Below, piece by piece: positions 23,601 through 38,600 of a DNA stretch of 64,000 bases. The stretch is taken from contig NC_042997.1 of assembly GCF_006345805.1 (NCBI RefSeq), positions 165,292,001 through 165,356,000 on the forward strand, written 5' to 3'. Under the pieces are notes generated by a model, which searched no databases, had not been told where the DNA came from, and saw only the letters and a program-made list of their open reading frames with translations. Position 1 is the stretch's first letter. The number at the start of each line of letters is the position of its first letter. Made by a program: the position numbers and the translations under genes. This DNA is from Octopus sinensis (Eukaryota).

Positions 23601-26600
23601 AAGCACCTTTTCAAGTGTTGGGCCTCATGGAGGCAATGACAAATGACCAAGATTTTGGCAATATGCTGTGCTTGAGCAGAAGACCCATCAAGCCAAGTGA
23701 AATTGTAGTCATGGCAGATACTGGTGTCATGAAACTGGCACGTAACAGTACCCATTACACTCTTGAAGTGGTTGGCATTAGGAAGGGAATCCAGCCATAG
23801 AAACGATGCCAAATCAGACTGGAGTTTGGTGCAGTCCCTCAGCATACGAGTCTTGATCAAACCGTCCAATCCATACCAGTATGTAAAACTGGATATTAAA
23901 TGATAATGATATTATATCTCATTGACATAATATACTAAACGTACCTGTGGGTGTCCTTGGGCAAACAATGATAGTAAACTTTGGAAAACAGTGGTATTCT
24001 CTTCAAAATCTTCTTTTAAAGGTAAACATTGAATAATCACAGGTAACACCTGAAAATTAAATGCAGAGGCAAATAGGAAGTTAATATATTAATTTTTTTC
24101 TTTTTCCTCTTTAAATTCAATTCTACATGATCGAGAAGCCAAAAACCTTTCCCTACTTAATGAAAGGGGCTAAGATATGTGAAACATTGCTGTACTCAAG
24201 AAGACCAGCCCATCACAACAGAGTTCATCATCATCTAATGTCCATTTTCGATGCTGGCATAGGTTGGATGGTTTGACATGAGCTGGTCAGCCAGGGAACT
24301 ATCCCAACTCCAATTGTCTGTTTTGGCATGGCTTCCATGGCTGGATGCCTATTTTAACATCAACCACATTACAGTGTGTGCTGGGCGCCTTTTACGTACC
24401 ACTGGTACATGTGCATTTAAGCAGCACCAGCATGAGTTCATTTTACGTGGCACTGGCACCTGTGAAAGACAAGCCTGTATGGATGACCACAATTTTACTT
24501 AGCTTGACATGTCTTAAATACAGCAAGTCACCACAACTCCCAGTCCCTTGTCATTTCCTCAGTGGGGCCCACTGTTTGAAGATCCTTTCTCACCACTTCA
24601 TCCCAGGTCTTCCTGAGTCTACCCCTTCCACTGGTTTCCTCCACAATTTGAGATCGGCACTTCTTTACAGAGCTGTCATCTATATTCATCACATGACCAA
24701 ACCAGTGCAGTTTTCTCTCTTGCACACTACATCTATTGCTTCTTATACCCAGATACTGACAATAGCCATCCTGTGGACCATACAAGCTCGATTTCTTCCA
24801 AGCCTTTGTAAGTCCTTTCAAAGTCATAGCCCATGTTTCAGCATACCTGTATGTACATAGGCATCATACAATCTGTCTTTCACTCTGAGAGGCCCTCAGT
24901 TACCAACAGGTAGAAACTCTGAACTTTGCCCAGCCTGCTCTTATTCCAACAACTACGCTTTCAGAACTTCCTTCTCCACTGCTAACTTGGTTGTCTAGGT
25001 AACAGAAGTTATTTAGTACTTCTAATGACCCGACACCCTACCTGCCCACCACCACACTGCCCCAGAGTATTTTTAGGAAGTCTACTACCTGCACATTTTT
25101 AGTATGCTTATTGTACCCATGGTGTAACATAAAAGCACTGGTGTTGATGCAACACAAGAAGCACCAGTGTTGGTGTCACAAAACACAAAAAAAAAAAGCA
25201 CTGGTGGCACACAAAATAAATAAGTGCTGGTATTGGTGCCACAAACAAATCTTAGATATTCAGACTGCTTGGAAATCACTTCCACCAACATACTTTTACA
25301 AGTTACTAGAAAGAATGCCAGGAATCTGCTCTGCAATAATAGAAGCACAAGGTGGCTTCTTCGATGTTAAAATATTTTTGTATTAAATAATTGTATACAA
25401 AGATAAAAAAAATTAATATTATTTCTTCAAAGACAAAAAAACTTGTTATTTTCCTTGCTTTAGAGGAAAATTTTAGGATAGTCCCAAACTTTTGGCCAGT
25501 AGTGCATATACCACACAAGCTTCCACGAATTTATCAGATTAATTCACAAGAAATTGGTCAGCCCAGGACTATAGTAAACACATGCCCAAGGTGCTACACA
25601 GTGGGATTGAACCTGAAACCATGTGACTGCAAAGTGAGATTAACCACAGAGCCATGCCTGCACCTAACAATAAAATCACATGCACGTGATTTTACAGGTT
25701 CTGTGACTCTCAAATATTTGACTAAGTGAATTTTCAGAAAGTTAATAGTGTGTAAAATAAATGTCTCACCTGTTCAAGTGGTAATCCATCAGGTTTCTGA
25801 TTAATGATTCGACAGACAGTACCACAAATGTTATCCTTTACCAAATCACAGCTTTCATTTTGAAGAAGAGTAAACAATTCCGTTAATATATTCAGCAGAT
25901 CACTGATTTGCTCATTAAGGAAAGGGGAAAAAAATACACATACAACAGGAAATAATAACTTGGCTAAACCTCTGTTTAAAGAAACAGAACTTAAACCAAT
26001 GAAAGACCCTCCATCTGGCCACTTGAATAGCTAGAAATAACAGCCAAATCTCCCTGCAACCTCACACTACTAAAAGACAGGACAGACATGGTTAGAATGC
26101 TTTTAATTGTAGATCTAATAGCAGAGCTTTAAAATTCTAAGTATTAGGATATAAGAACATTGTTGCATTAACATTTGGGGACATCTAAAACAAGTGACTA
26201 ACGTAATCAAGTTAGAACCATCATCATCATCATCATTTAACGTCCGCTTTCCATGCTAGCATGAGTTGGACGAATGACTGAGGGCTGGCGAACCAGATCG
26301 CTGCACCAGGCTTCAATCTTGATCTGGCAGAGTTTCTACAGCTGGATGCCGTTCCTAACGCCAACCACTCCGAGAGTGTAGTGGGTGCTTTTACAATACA
26401 CTGGCACGGGGCCAGTCAGGCGGTACTGGCAACGACCTCGCTCGAATCTTTTACACATGCCACTGGCACAGGTGCCAGTAAGGCGATGCTGGTAACGATC
26501 ACGCTCGAATTTAAATAAAAATTAATCTCATTGACATAGCACTTAGTAATTCTCTCTCTGCTGAATTGAAATGCAACAACTTCCAGCAAACAACACACTA

Positions 26601-29600
26601 ACTGATTCCATAAGACACGAAAGAATGTAGAGTAAACAGCTACATTTGATGATTTTCAGGAAGCTTTTATCAGTTCTGGCATTTTATCATCAGATTATAT
26701 GCAAGAGGGAAAAATAATGCAATATAGTATCATATTTTCTTTTCCCTTGTTGTACTTGTTGAATACTTGAAGACCAGAAACAGGCAAACAGGCTCAAAGG
26801 AATGACTTCATCATCATCGTTCAACATCTGTTTTCCATGCTAGCATGGGTTGGACGGTTCGACCAGGGTCTGGGAAGCCAGGAAGCTGCACCAGGCTCCA
26901 GTCTGAACTGGAAATGTTTTTACAGCTGGATATGGTGGTTGTGTGAAGTCTGTGATGAACACCTCGGAACAATGAAGTGAATTTAAGACAAAATAATTGC
27001 TATCCAATGTCTTATTTGAAGTAATATTCACTCTACACACAATCTTATTTCCTAAAATCATTCTTGAAACATCAAATAAAATTAAAATAAATAGAGAAAA
27101 AAGGATACTTTTGGAGAGCACTTCCACCGTTTGAAATAATGACCCCAAGAGCAAACACAGCATTATTTCGAACCTCACTATCAGGATCTCTGGTAATTTT
27201 CATAAAGATTGGGTAGAACTGAGAAGTCAGACCAGCAGATGCCTCCCCACAAGCTTCAAGAGTTTCAGCAAGAGTACCAATTGCAAAAGATCGGTCAGCA
27301 ATAGAGTTGTGACTTTTCTAGAATGTGAAGAAAATAGAAAAACATAATTAACAAATGACATTCTTCAGATTCATATTGCATAGGAAGTTAAATTAAAATA
27401 TTCTAGGTTCGTTTTCAATCTAAGTAGCAGACTAAATACAGCAGCATATAATTTTTTTGCCCCTTACATTATAATTTTAAAAAGTGCTTTCAGGCTCAAT
27501 AACAGTATTGGTAATTTATTGGTGCCAGTTCAATCCTTTCTATAAAATGAGAAGGAAAAAAAAATCAAACCAATTCATGTGTCTTGTCCAAAAGGAAAAG
27601 TACTGGTTTCTTTCATATGAAATGTCTCAGATAAACCAAAAGAGCAGTTGATTTCTTTTGCTGAGGTTGAAAGTAAAACAAGTTACTAATTCAAATATTT
27701 CAATAAGACAACTCAGGATACATGGATTTGATTAAGAAAAAAATTGATAGCCATTAAATAAATATCAAATGCCAATGAGGATACTTACGTTGTTGCTAGA
27801 AATAGTAGCCAACTCTACCCTCAAATGATACACTATCTTAAAAAAGTGGGACATTGAATAATATAGCTCTTGATAGAATAGTGATAGCTGAAAACCTAGT
27901 GATCATGGTGCTACTGGAATAAGTCTAACAAAATATTTGACAGTAAAAAGATTTTGGAAAAATCTCACCAGTTTTTTCAGGAGATCCGGTATAAAAGACT
28001 CAAAATATGGCATGAAAGCTTTTCCACCAATTAATTTAGCCGTGGCAGGCAATATTTCTCCAGCAGATTCTACAAGATACGCATCATATTCAGCTTCTTG
28101 GTCCTCCTCTTCACCATCGTCATCATCATCATTATCATCTTGACAAGTTGTCTAGAGAAAGTTAGGTTTATTAATAGATGAATGACATAAACTGTAAATT
28201 AGGACCAGAGAAAAAAAAAGTACTCAATACATGGAGCAGAGTTTGAAGGTGAAGATTCACTGTCACTACTCAGTTTACTGAAACAATTCAGGTAACAAAA
28301 TGAACTTTTTATTGCTGGAAGGATTCTTAAAGTAAAAGAAAAAACTGAGTAACAACAAAGCACATCTTCAGCTTCAAACAAATAAACTAGTAAATGTATT
28401 GAGCACATTTCTCCGGTTTGACACAAGTAAAGAAAAGGCATATAAACAAAATTATGATTGTACAAAATGAAAGTAAGCACATCAGTTTATCAGATGAGTG
28501 ATTTCTATTGTGTATTATGTCCCAAAAATTCAATCTGTTTTAATATTTTTATGATTCTAGGTGAGATCAAACATTGCTCAAAATGTAATCAATACTTCAC
28601 ATACTTTTGCAAATAATGTATTGGTTCATCTTTTCATTAGTTCTTAAAGTTATTTTGATCAAAGATGATGTAAATAGCTACCAGTTTCATGGAAGATGCC
28701 CACTGCATGGCAAGCAGCAGATACTGAACATCCAGTTTAAGCTGCTTTGATGCAAAAATTCTATTTCAGTTTATGCATTTGGGCAATTTTTGATCACATT
28801 CTTGATGACAAACTTTTTCATTTATCCAACACAATGGACCTTGGGGTGAAATAATCAAATACTTAATAGTTTGTTTTGCATAATTAGACTATAATTTCAA
28901 ATATTAAAACACTGGTTTCAAAAATGCTCTTATATAGTAAAATTCATTAATGCTACCACTAACAGTATTATATTAAGAGAAAAAAAAATTTTCAAGTAGC
29001 TTGCTTACAAACCGCATGGTTCCGGGTTCAGTCCCACTGTGTGGCACCTTGGGCAAGTGTCTACTATAGCCTCGGGCCAACCAAAGCTTTGTGAGTGGAT
29101 TTGGTAGATGGATGCTGAAAAAAGCCTGTCGTATATATGTATGTGAGTGTATATGTTTGTGTGTCTGTTTGTTCCCCCAACATCACTTGGCCACAGTCAA
29201 ATGACAAGTAAAAAGAATTTTAAAAAAAAGAGTATATCTAAACATGTATAATTTATAAGAGTAAAAGATTCTCTTTTTTTATCATATTGTTTGAACAAGT
29301 CATTAAATATTAAGTTTAATTATCAGTACATTTGTCACTACACTAACAGATGTCTATGTATGTATATATATTTCTTTACTACCCACCCACAAGGGGCTAA
29401 ACACAGAAGGGGCAAACAAGGACAGACAAACGGATTAAGTCGATTACATCGACCCCAAAAGGATGAAAAGCAAAGTTGACCTCGGCGGAATTTGAACTCA
29501 GAACGTAACGGCAGACGAAATACGGCTACGCATTTCGCCCGGCGTGCTAATGTTTCTGCCAGCTCACCGCCTTTATGTCTATGTATGTGTATAAGTAACA

Positions 29601-32600
29601 CAATATATCTATAGGTTGTCCAACACATGCTAGCATGGAAAACGGATATTAAACGATGATGATGTGTAAAAGTTTTTCCCAATATTCAAAGAAAGATTTT
29701 CTTGAAAGTTTTTAGCTATTTTGGAAAAGCTATTTTGTGAAACAGAATATCAAATCTTTTGGAAGGAAGTTTTCATATTGCATTTTGTGTGTAAATGCTT
29801 TGATGAACAAGAAAAGTGCTAATACACACATGATAAAAACTTTCCAAAATGATCATGGGATTAGATGGCCATTTTAATTTAATACTGCTTCAACTATGTA
29901 ACAGAAACGTTCCTAAATTCACTTGAAAAACTCAAATTTTGAACTGAAACAAATATTTAGACTTCTTGCTTTTAATTGCTGTTTTATAAGAAAAACAACA
30001 CACCATTCCCAATAACCAAGTTGGAGCAGTTTTTTACATATGAACCCTCTTTTGATTCATATTTCACTAGGGTGGACACTCACAACCAGTCACCATTTAA
30101 AAACTATTGTATTTTTATGATATCAAGAATTATATAAATGTATTTTAAAAATGTGTATTGTAGAAGAACAGTAATCCCTCAACTATCGCAGGTTCCAAAA
30201 CCCCTGCAATAGGTGAAAATCCGAAGTAGAAACAGTATTGTATATTTTTATAATTTGTATATATTTTATATATACAGAGGAATTGACATAAGCTTAAATA
30301 ATAAACCATGATAGGTAAACTGTGATATGGCAAGGGATTAATGCATAACCAATTTATTGCAGACAAATTGTAATGGTAAAATCTTATATGAACCCCAAAG
30401 GTCAGGTGGACCCTGGTTGAGAACCAATGGTTTAGAGGAAGTAGTACATACAAAACTCAAATATTTAAACCAAATTTCATATTTCAATACATAAAACTAT
30501 AATCTATGAAAAATGTAATAAATTTACACCTGAAACATTTCAATATTATTCAGGATACTAACCTGATGAGAAAAGACTTCTCGAGTTCTGGTCAAAATGG
30601 AATCAATCATACCATCTTCACACATATATGGTGATCCTATCTTGGTAAGTAGCTCTACTAAAGCATCCACAGCAGCTGTCACAGTCATCCGGTCATTATC
30701 TTCTTTGATACGTTCTAAAAGCATTGGTACAACCGTTTTGATCATACCAGACAACACTGGGAAAAAAAAATTTAAAAAGATAACATTCAAATTCCACTTT
30801 AGAACTATTTTAGCTAAGCAATTTCTAACAGAATATACAATTCAAATTAGCTTTACAGAGAAGTTAACCCGATTAGCTGACATCTCGAGTATAAAACATT
30901 AGTCGCACAACTGATTTGCATAAAAGACAGAATTGAGGAAAAAGGCAGCTTGATAGTTAAGATAACAGTTTATGTATAAAAAAGAGAAATGGCTATATGG
31001 TATAAACATGTAATATATATATAGACAGTACCTACTGAGTGAAAGATTACTGCTTGCTAACAATGAAGGTAATTATAGCAAAGGAAAAGAAGTCCAGGTC
31101 AGATCTATGGAGATGACAATGGATCTTAGAGACACAAAAATCATGTAAAACCTTCAAAGAAGACCTAGAGAATGACACCCTGCTCAACTGTAGCATGTGA
31201 AAATGGAGATTAAAACAATAACAAAGACAATTTGCTAAGTAAAACAGTCAGATCAATCACTTACCTTCTTGTGATTCCAAGTTATTTGTCTTTTGAAAAA
31301 CTTGATGAAGACTTAAACAAAACTGTGCAAGTGTTGTAACGACAGCTTTACGGACTTGAGCTAAAGGATAGACTAATACTTGAGTGACAGCATCATAGCA
31401 GTTTTGCAGGTATGGCATGAAAACCGTGCTTTACAACAGAAAAAAACAAAAGCGGGTTGGAATTAGAACAAGAGAAATTTAATGCATTGATATCAAAAAT
31501 TCCTAAAACAAAGTGAAAAAAGAAAAGAAAATCCTTCCAGATTTTTACATCAGCTATATGTGAACAGCAACATTATCCAAAATGAAGCAATTTAAAACAG
31601 TAAGACAAGGAAATCTAGACTGTTTTGAAAATATGTTGGTCAATACAATAAAATCAATGTTGCATTTCGACTGATATTTTCCTTACTGCATTATTTTAGT
31701 TGTGTTTCTATTGTTTCAATTTTGTTTGATCCACTGACTAGAGATGAGAGAAGCTATATCAATTATATATAATCCTTTAGATTTTATATTTTGTAATTTA
31801 AATAGCAAGTCTACACATACTAATGACCAGACAAGTTAACATAACAAATAACACTGAAGATTGAAATTGATTAGTGTTAAAATTTACATCTCATTAACAC
31901 CATAATTGAAAATATAGATTACATTCTTTTCATCTAAGGGAGTAAAAAACTGACCAAAATAATTAAAATTTTTGCTTAGAATAAATTTCATCATCTCTCA
32001 AAGCGATTAATTTCTGTTCACTAGAACAAAGAGGAACATACCCAATATTAACAGCAAGGTCACCTAACACTGTGCAAGCATCAGCTTTTTCATCAACAAA
32101 TGAATTTTCAACTTGAATTCTAGACAAAGAAAATAAGATGAAAATCTTAGGGGCCAAATAAAAAATGTGCAACAAAACTGGAATAAAGAAAAGTAAAAAA
32201 AAAAAAAATTATGTATAAATAGGATTAAAAATACACCTATAGATTAAGTTCAATTTTGTACTTGCTTGAAATATAGTTCAGAGTTAATTGATATCTAATT
32301 AACATGGAGATTTAAATATTAAATCGAGATTTGTTTCAAGCATTGCTTCAGCCAGATATCCCATAACTAAAACTTACAAATGTAAAACTGAAACATTTCA
32401 TAATGCAATACTCCCTAATTAAATTTTAAAATTATTAAACAACTTGATTTACAAATACTGTTATGTACAAATCACTGATTATCAATGAAGAAAAACATTT
32501 TGTATGTAAAATAATGGTGAATTAGAAAACATTTATAAAAACATACACGTATAATTTTTCTTCCTCATCTTCAGATTCAGTGTCCTGATCTCCTAAGTTC

Positions 32601-35600
32601 TCTTCCGTATTTTCATCATCATCAATATCAATAAAATTGGCAGTGGAAATATCATCAACATCCTCTTTGTATTGAAGCTGTATGCAGATGTATAAACAAA
32701 TTCACAACAACCATGAATGTTGAGATAACAAAAACAGTTTGCTGGATCGTGACAATCGTCAATTAAAAAAACAAAATACATCTAATTATTCGAACTTGTT
32801 GTAGTGAACTAATGCTTTGAACATTTCTATTATTTTACATGAGTAAAAGAACACACTTCAATTCAAAATCTGGAAATTCAGATATTTGCATATCTTGTTA
32901 TGCTATGTTATTTTATAGTTTGATGCCGGTTTTAATATCCAAATTACTTAATTGGATGATTCAAACAGAATATGGGGAGAATGCAATAACTGAAGACAAA
33001 ATTTTGATTCAGCACCTTTTGTGCTGATAAATTCAGTCTCTGCATATGTATTGGGTAACAACAAATCCCATATCATTATAGCAAATAAAAAGTCTGTCAA
33101 AATTATAAAACTGATAGTTTAACTTACCTGTACACCCTCTGAAGACTTCACAGAACTTAGAATAATAGGAACTATTTCTGGAAGATATTTAGCCATTTCA
33201 TCTTTCAGTAAAACAGACATTGAAGCAAACAGTCCATATCTGATGGTTAGAGAATGACAAAATTAGTTAACATAAAAAAACAATATTTTAAACAGCCTTC
33301 ACTAAAAACTAAATATAATTTACTTATATGAAAGACATAACATCTGTTCAAGCAACCTTCACCACATGCTAGCTGAAGATAACAATTTTAATTCAATAAT
33401 ATCTTTCAACTCAGCTTTGATGCTAAGTGAAAATGTGCACGAGTGTTCAAATACACAAATTTTATAGCCTTCTGTCATAAGAAGCAAACTTTAATTTAGT
33501 TTTTGTCATAGTAAGAGCTTGCAACATTATACAACTGCTAGCTAATGAAAATTTATTGCATCTGCAAAGAAAGCTTCTTAAACAGCACTCCTAAATTCAA
33601 CTGTTTTCCATTGATTTGATGTCTTATTCTGCATAAAACCTATACCAACAGAGAAATAAATCAAGGTTCAAGCAAGAAATATATAATCACTGTACATTAA
33701 TGCAGTGACCTTTACGGGATCTCCAATAACAATTGTATGCCATGAATAGGGGTTTTGTGAGGTTGTGCACAAACTTCAAAATAACATGAAATTTGGATAA
33801 TTTTCTATGCACATTAAGAACTGGCAAACATTTTTTTTTCAACTTTACTCGAAATTTCATTAACCCCTTAGCATTGAAACTGGCCTATTTGGCCCAAATA
33901 TTTTACCTGCTTTATGTTCAAACTGACCAGATCCAGTTTCTCACACCTACCCTACAAAGTCATTCTGAAAATGAACATTTGCATCATCGAAATCTCAAAC
34001 CAATAAGATAATGTATGATTAATTTCAAACAATGTGAATAAGCATAACATTTCACAGAGTAATCTGAATGCTAAAGAGTTAAATTTCCAAAACATATAAG
34101 TCACACTTCCTCTTTGACAAACCCCTAGTGATTAGAAAAACAAAAGTAGCGCTAAACAGTACATGGCCAGTGGTAACAGAATAGTCATGATCCCAAAATT
34201 AAATGTTATTGTTTGGCTCACTCAACACAGACATCAGATAGTGATTAAGGGGTAAGAACATATTAAATTTTAAGATAATAGCTTAACATTTTTAATTTTA
34301 TTGTTGCAGGGTCATTTGTTCAGAGACAATAAAACAGATGCTCAGTCAGTGAAGTAAAATTTTGAACCAAAATAGCATACAGAACCAAAGCCAGTTCTTA
34401 TCAAATGATCTAATGGAATAAAGAAGAGTACTTTTGAAAAAAAAGATCTTTACAACTTACACACATCGCCTCAAGTCTGGGTCATCTTTCTGTTCAATGA
34501 GATGCACTCCCATTTGCATTACATTATCAGCAATTGGAAGAAACTCATTGCTATCAATGTTCCGGGCCAGTACAGCTAATGTATCTAGAAAGACAAGTCA
34601 AAAACTTTTCAGCAATTTTTCTAACATATATAATAAACTGAATTTATACAACACAGAATTGACACTGTTTTTATATCAGTTTTTTCCCATATTGGCATGG
34701 GGTAGACAAGATCTTGTAAGGAGCTATTCTAAAATTAACCGTCTTTAACAGTACTTTATTCGACATGATTTCACATATCGAAACACTGAGCCATAGGATA
34801 TGTTGTTTACACAGGAAATGTAATTTAAAGCCCAAGTGATGTCAATACAAAGACATCAGAATCTGAGTTGGTTCTTATTCAAAGTTATTGCTCTTAGAAT
34901 GATTGCAGGCTATCTTGCTCAAACATTTCCATTTTCAGCTTGGTTTCTATGGTTAAATGCCCTTCCAAACACTTTACGGAGTGTACAAACTGTATTTTAT
35001 ATCTGCAGAGATTGTCATAATTTTGGAAAAACTAAAGGGTCGTGTGTGTCCATTCAAACACACATGATGGACTTTTGTACAGTTCCCATCTACCAAATTT
35101 CACTAAGACCTTGGTTGATCTGAAAGAACAGTAGAAGTTACTTGCCTAAAGTGTCATGCAGTGTGATTCAACCCAAAACCATGGGGACGTGAAGCAAATT
35201 TTTTAATCATACAACTATGTCTTCACCTACATCATCATCGTTTAATGTCTGTTTTCCATGCTGGCATGGGTTGGATGGTTTGACTAAGGTCTGGAGAGCC
35301 AGCAGCTGCACCAGGCTCCAATCTGATCAGGCAATGTTTCTACAGCTGGATGCCCTTCTTAATGCCAACCACTCCAAGAGTGTAGTGGGTGCTTTTTACA
35401 TGCCACTGGCACAGGAGCCAGTCAGGCAGGCCTGACATCGATTATGTTCAGATGGTGTTCTTTAGGTACCATATAGCAGTAATTACAACACACACAAGAA
35501 TTTATAAAATGGTACTGATGAACAATATCCATATGTAAATGCAGAAAACATTAAAAAGATTGTCGTTAAACAGTCAAGTGACAACATCTCATTAATTACG

Positions 35601-38600
35601 TCTTTAGCTTTACAATTGGATGGTAGCCAGAATTATCATAGCAATTAATGAACACTATGATATGCATACAATTATTCAGTAATGCCCTCAGTAGCCTAGT
35701 GGTTAGGGTGATGCACACAATTATAAGATTGAGGGTTTGATTCCTGGACTGGGAGGTGCATTGTGTTCTTGCACAAAATACTTCATGTTGCTCTGCAATC
35801 ATTTCAGTATCTAACATGCTGTACACTGCACATGTGTAGGTAATGCAGATTTGATGGAAGGAGTGAGCATATGTGCAACACAAACATTTGATTGCTATCA
35901 ACAAATTTATGCAGGTTATTCAAGAAATTACAAAACTGTCTTTCTCAAACTGTCATTAACACTCAGTGATAAATCATTTACCTAACACTTATTACAATTC
36001 ACCTTTATTTACAAATTGAACTCAAATATTTAGCTAAATTGAATTACAATTTACAACAAAGGAAGAAAAATGAATGCTAAAACCAAAATAAAAATATATC
36101 AGATATGGAGAAATATATACATCTTAAATTTGTTAAAGTTCAGAATATTTTGCAAGCAACTTGCACAGTCAAGTGCTACCAATCGAGAACTCTACATACC
36201 ATCATTGCACACCGCCTCCCCCACTCACTGATATGAGGCCCCGCTTGCTAGATCAACTGGTTATCAAATAAAGCTCAATATTCTTCTAGCCATCGTTCAT
36301 CATCTCTTTTTAACCAAATCCAGTGGCTAGCCTTCTCCACTCTAGATTGGATATCAGTCATGGTGGTATTGACTTTACAATGAGTTAGGCCTAACGATAA
36401 CAACATTATGTCAAACATTCTATGAAAAGCATTGCATACAAAAATTTAAGGATAGTGAAATAATGAATTAAAATTTAAAAAATAGTAATAAAACTGTAGA
36501 CCAATTATTTTTAAAGTATAATTTAGAATTTCAAGCCATACACTTAATGATTTTCATCTTTATGTTAAGAAAATGACAAAAAAATTGCAAAACGTATCAG
36601 GAATATACTGTGAAATGATTGTTTAAGTTGGAGCTTCTTATTAAGAATTTTTTTTATATGGCCAAAGTCCTTTTATATTCAGTTTGGAACAATAAAGCTC
36701 TAAGTTGTATCAGTGTTTTAAGACCTCAGTTTTAATATCATTATCAAGAAGTTAAAACTGAGGAAGTCTAGAAAGATAGGACTTTGGAAGTTTACTGTTC
36801 CAAATTAAATAAAGAGGTCTACCAAAGAAATCTGGCAGAATTGTTAGCAGACAAGATGCTTAGTGGCATTTCATCAGTCTTTACATTCTGAATTCAAATT
36901 CTGCTGAGGTCAACTTTGCCTTTCATCCTTTCAGAGTTAAAATAAGTACCAGTTGAGAATCGAGCTCCATGTAATCGACTTGCCCCTCCCACAAAATTCC
37001 TAGTTTTATGCCAAAATTTGAAACCAATATAACATATATAATAGAAGTACAAAATCAAACAAAATTTACAACAGAGAAATAATCCTACAAAGTAGACAAG
37101 TTATTAAATTCATTCATGAGTAGAATTATAACATACCGATAGCTTGTACATGTAACGTAAGAAAGTCTTCATTGTCTATGTTGAGAATCTCATTAACATC
37201 ATTGAGTACCGTCTGAAAATATGGCTGCATTCCTTGACCAGCAGCATTGGCTGTGAAAAGTAAAATCAAAATAGAAAAGTCACAAATGGATTGACAAAAC
37301 TATCAACATTTCAAAGCAACATACAAAAACTATCAATGATTTATTGGTTGCTTAACCCTTTAACAGCCAGGTTCCTTTGTCAAATCTAATGCTTATTTAT
37401 TCACATTATTACAAATTAAAAACACATTATTTTGTACTTTCAAGATTTCAATAGTGCACTTGTATGTTTTTGAAAGGACATTGTAGGGTAGGGGTCAGAA
37501 GTTAGATCTGGTCAGTTTGAACACAAAACAGATAGAATATTTAAGCCAGATTTGGTCGGATTAAATGCTAAAGGGTTAAAGCCAAAGATTTTTAAGGTTA
37601 GTGATTGAAGTAGGGAAAGATATGCAGAAAGATCTGAAGACAAACAAATTACTTTATGTTGGATCTAGAAGGTAAGGGGCAATAGCACTGATATGGGACA
37701 AGGATAGCTGGGGAAATAAGTTCAATTACTTAGATGCAGTATATGATCTGCAAATTCAAAGTAAACACTATGATAGTCACAACAGGAGAACTATGCAAGT
37801 TACTGGAAAGTGTATAAAGCTTGAATATTAATTATGTAGAGTTTATGAAGTGGTGAAGTACTTTATAAATATGAAAGTGGAAACCCAATCTGTTACATAA
37901 TTTTGAGAATACAGTACATATATGGTTGTAATAAGAGATCATCTGAGAATTCAAATTGCCTTTGAAAGGACAGCAGCCAGGAGGGTAATGTATTATGTTC
38001 CTTTGAAATATATAAATTGTATTTTGATGTTTAGTAACACTGGTAAGCTAGGAAACTGGCGTAAATAGCAGTGCAACAGCTGTTACTTATATAAGAATTA
38101 TAACAGAGTAAAGCAATAACACAAAACTTAATGATATCTGGATAGTGAAATTAAAAAAAGGATCCACTATTACTCTTGATAACATACACATACTAGTTGA
38201 CATAATAAAGAGTCAAGAAAACAACAGAATTTACAACAGGACAGTAAAAACTTTAACATGTTATAGAACATACTAATTAAACTCAATGTAAAGATTTGAA
38301 GAATTTAACAGAATATTTAACTTACCAACTGCTCCAATAACACTGACTGCAACTTCTTTGGTTTTTAAGCTGGATGATGTCTTCAATACATTCATCAGAT
38401 GATCCATAATATCCGGTAAGAAAGGAAGAATAGCTTCACCTTGAAATAAAAAAGACATATGTATCATAATATATGTGAATTAAATAGGACAGCAAACTTG
38501 CAGAATTATTAGCACACCGGGCAAAATGCTCGGTGGCATTTTGTCAGTCTTTACATTCTGAGTTCAAATTCCATAATGGTCAACTTTGCCGTTCATCCTT

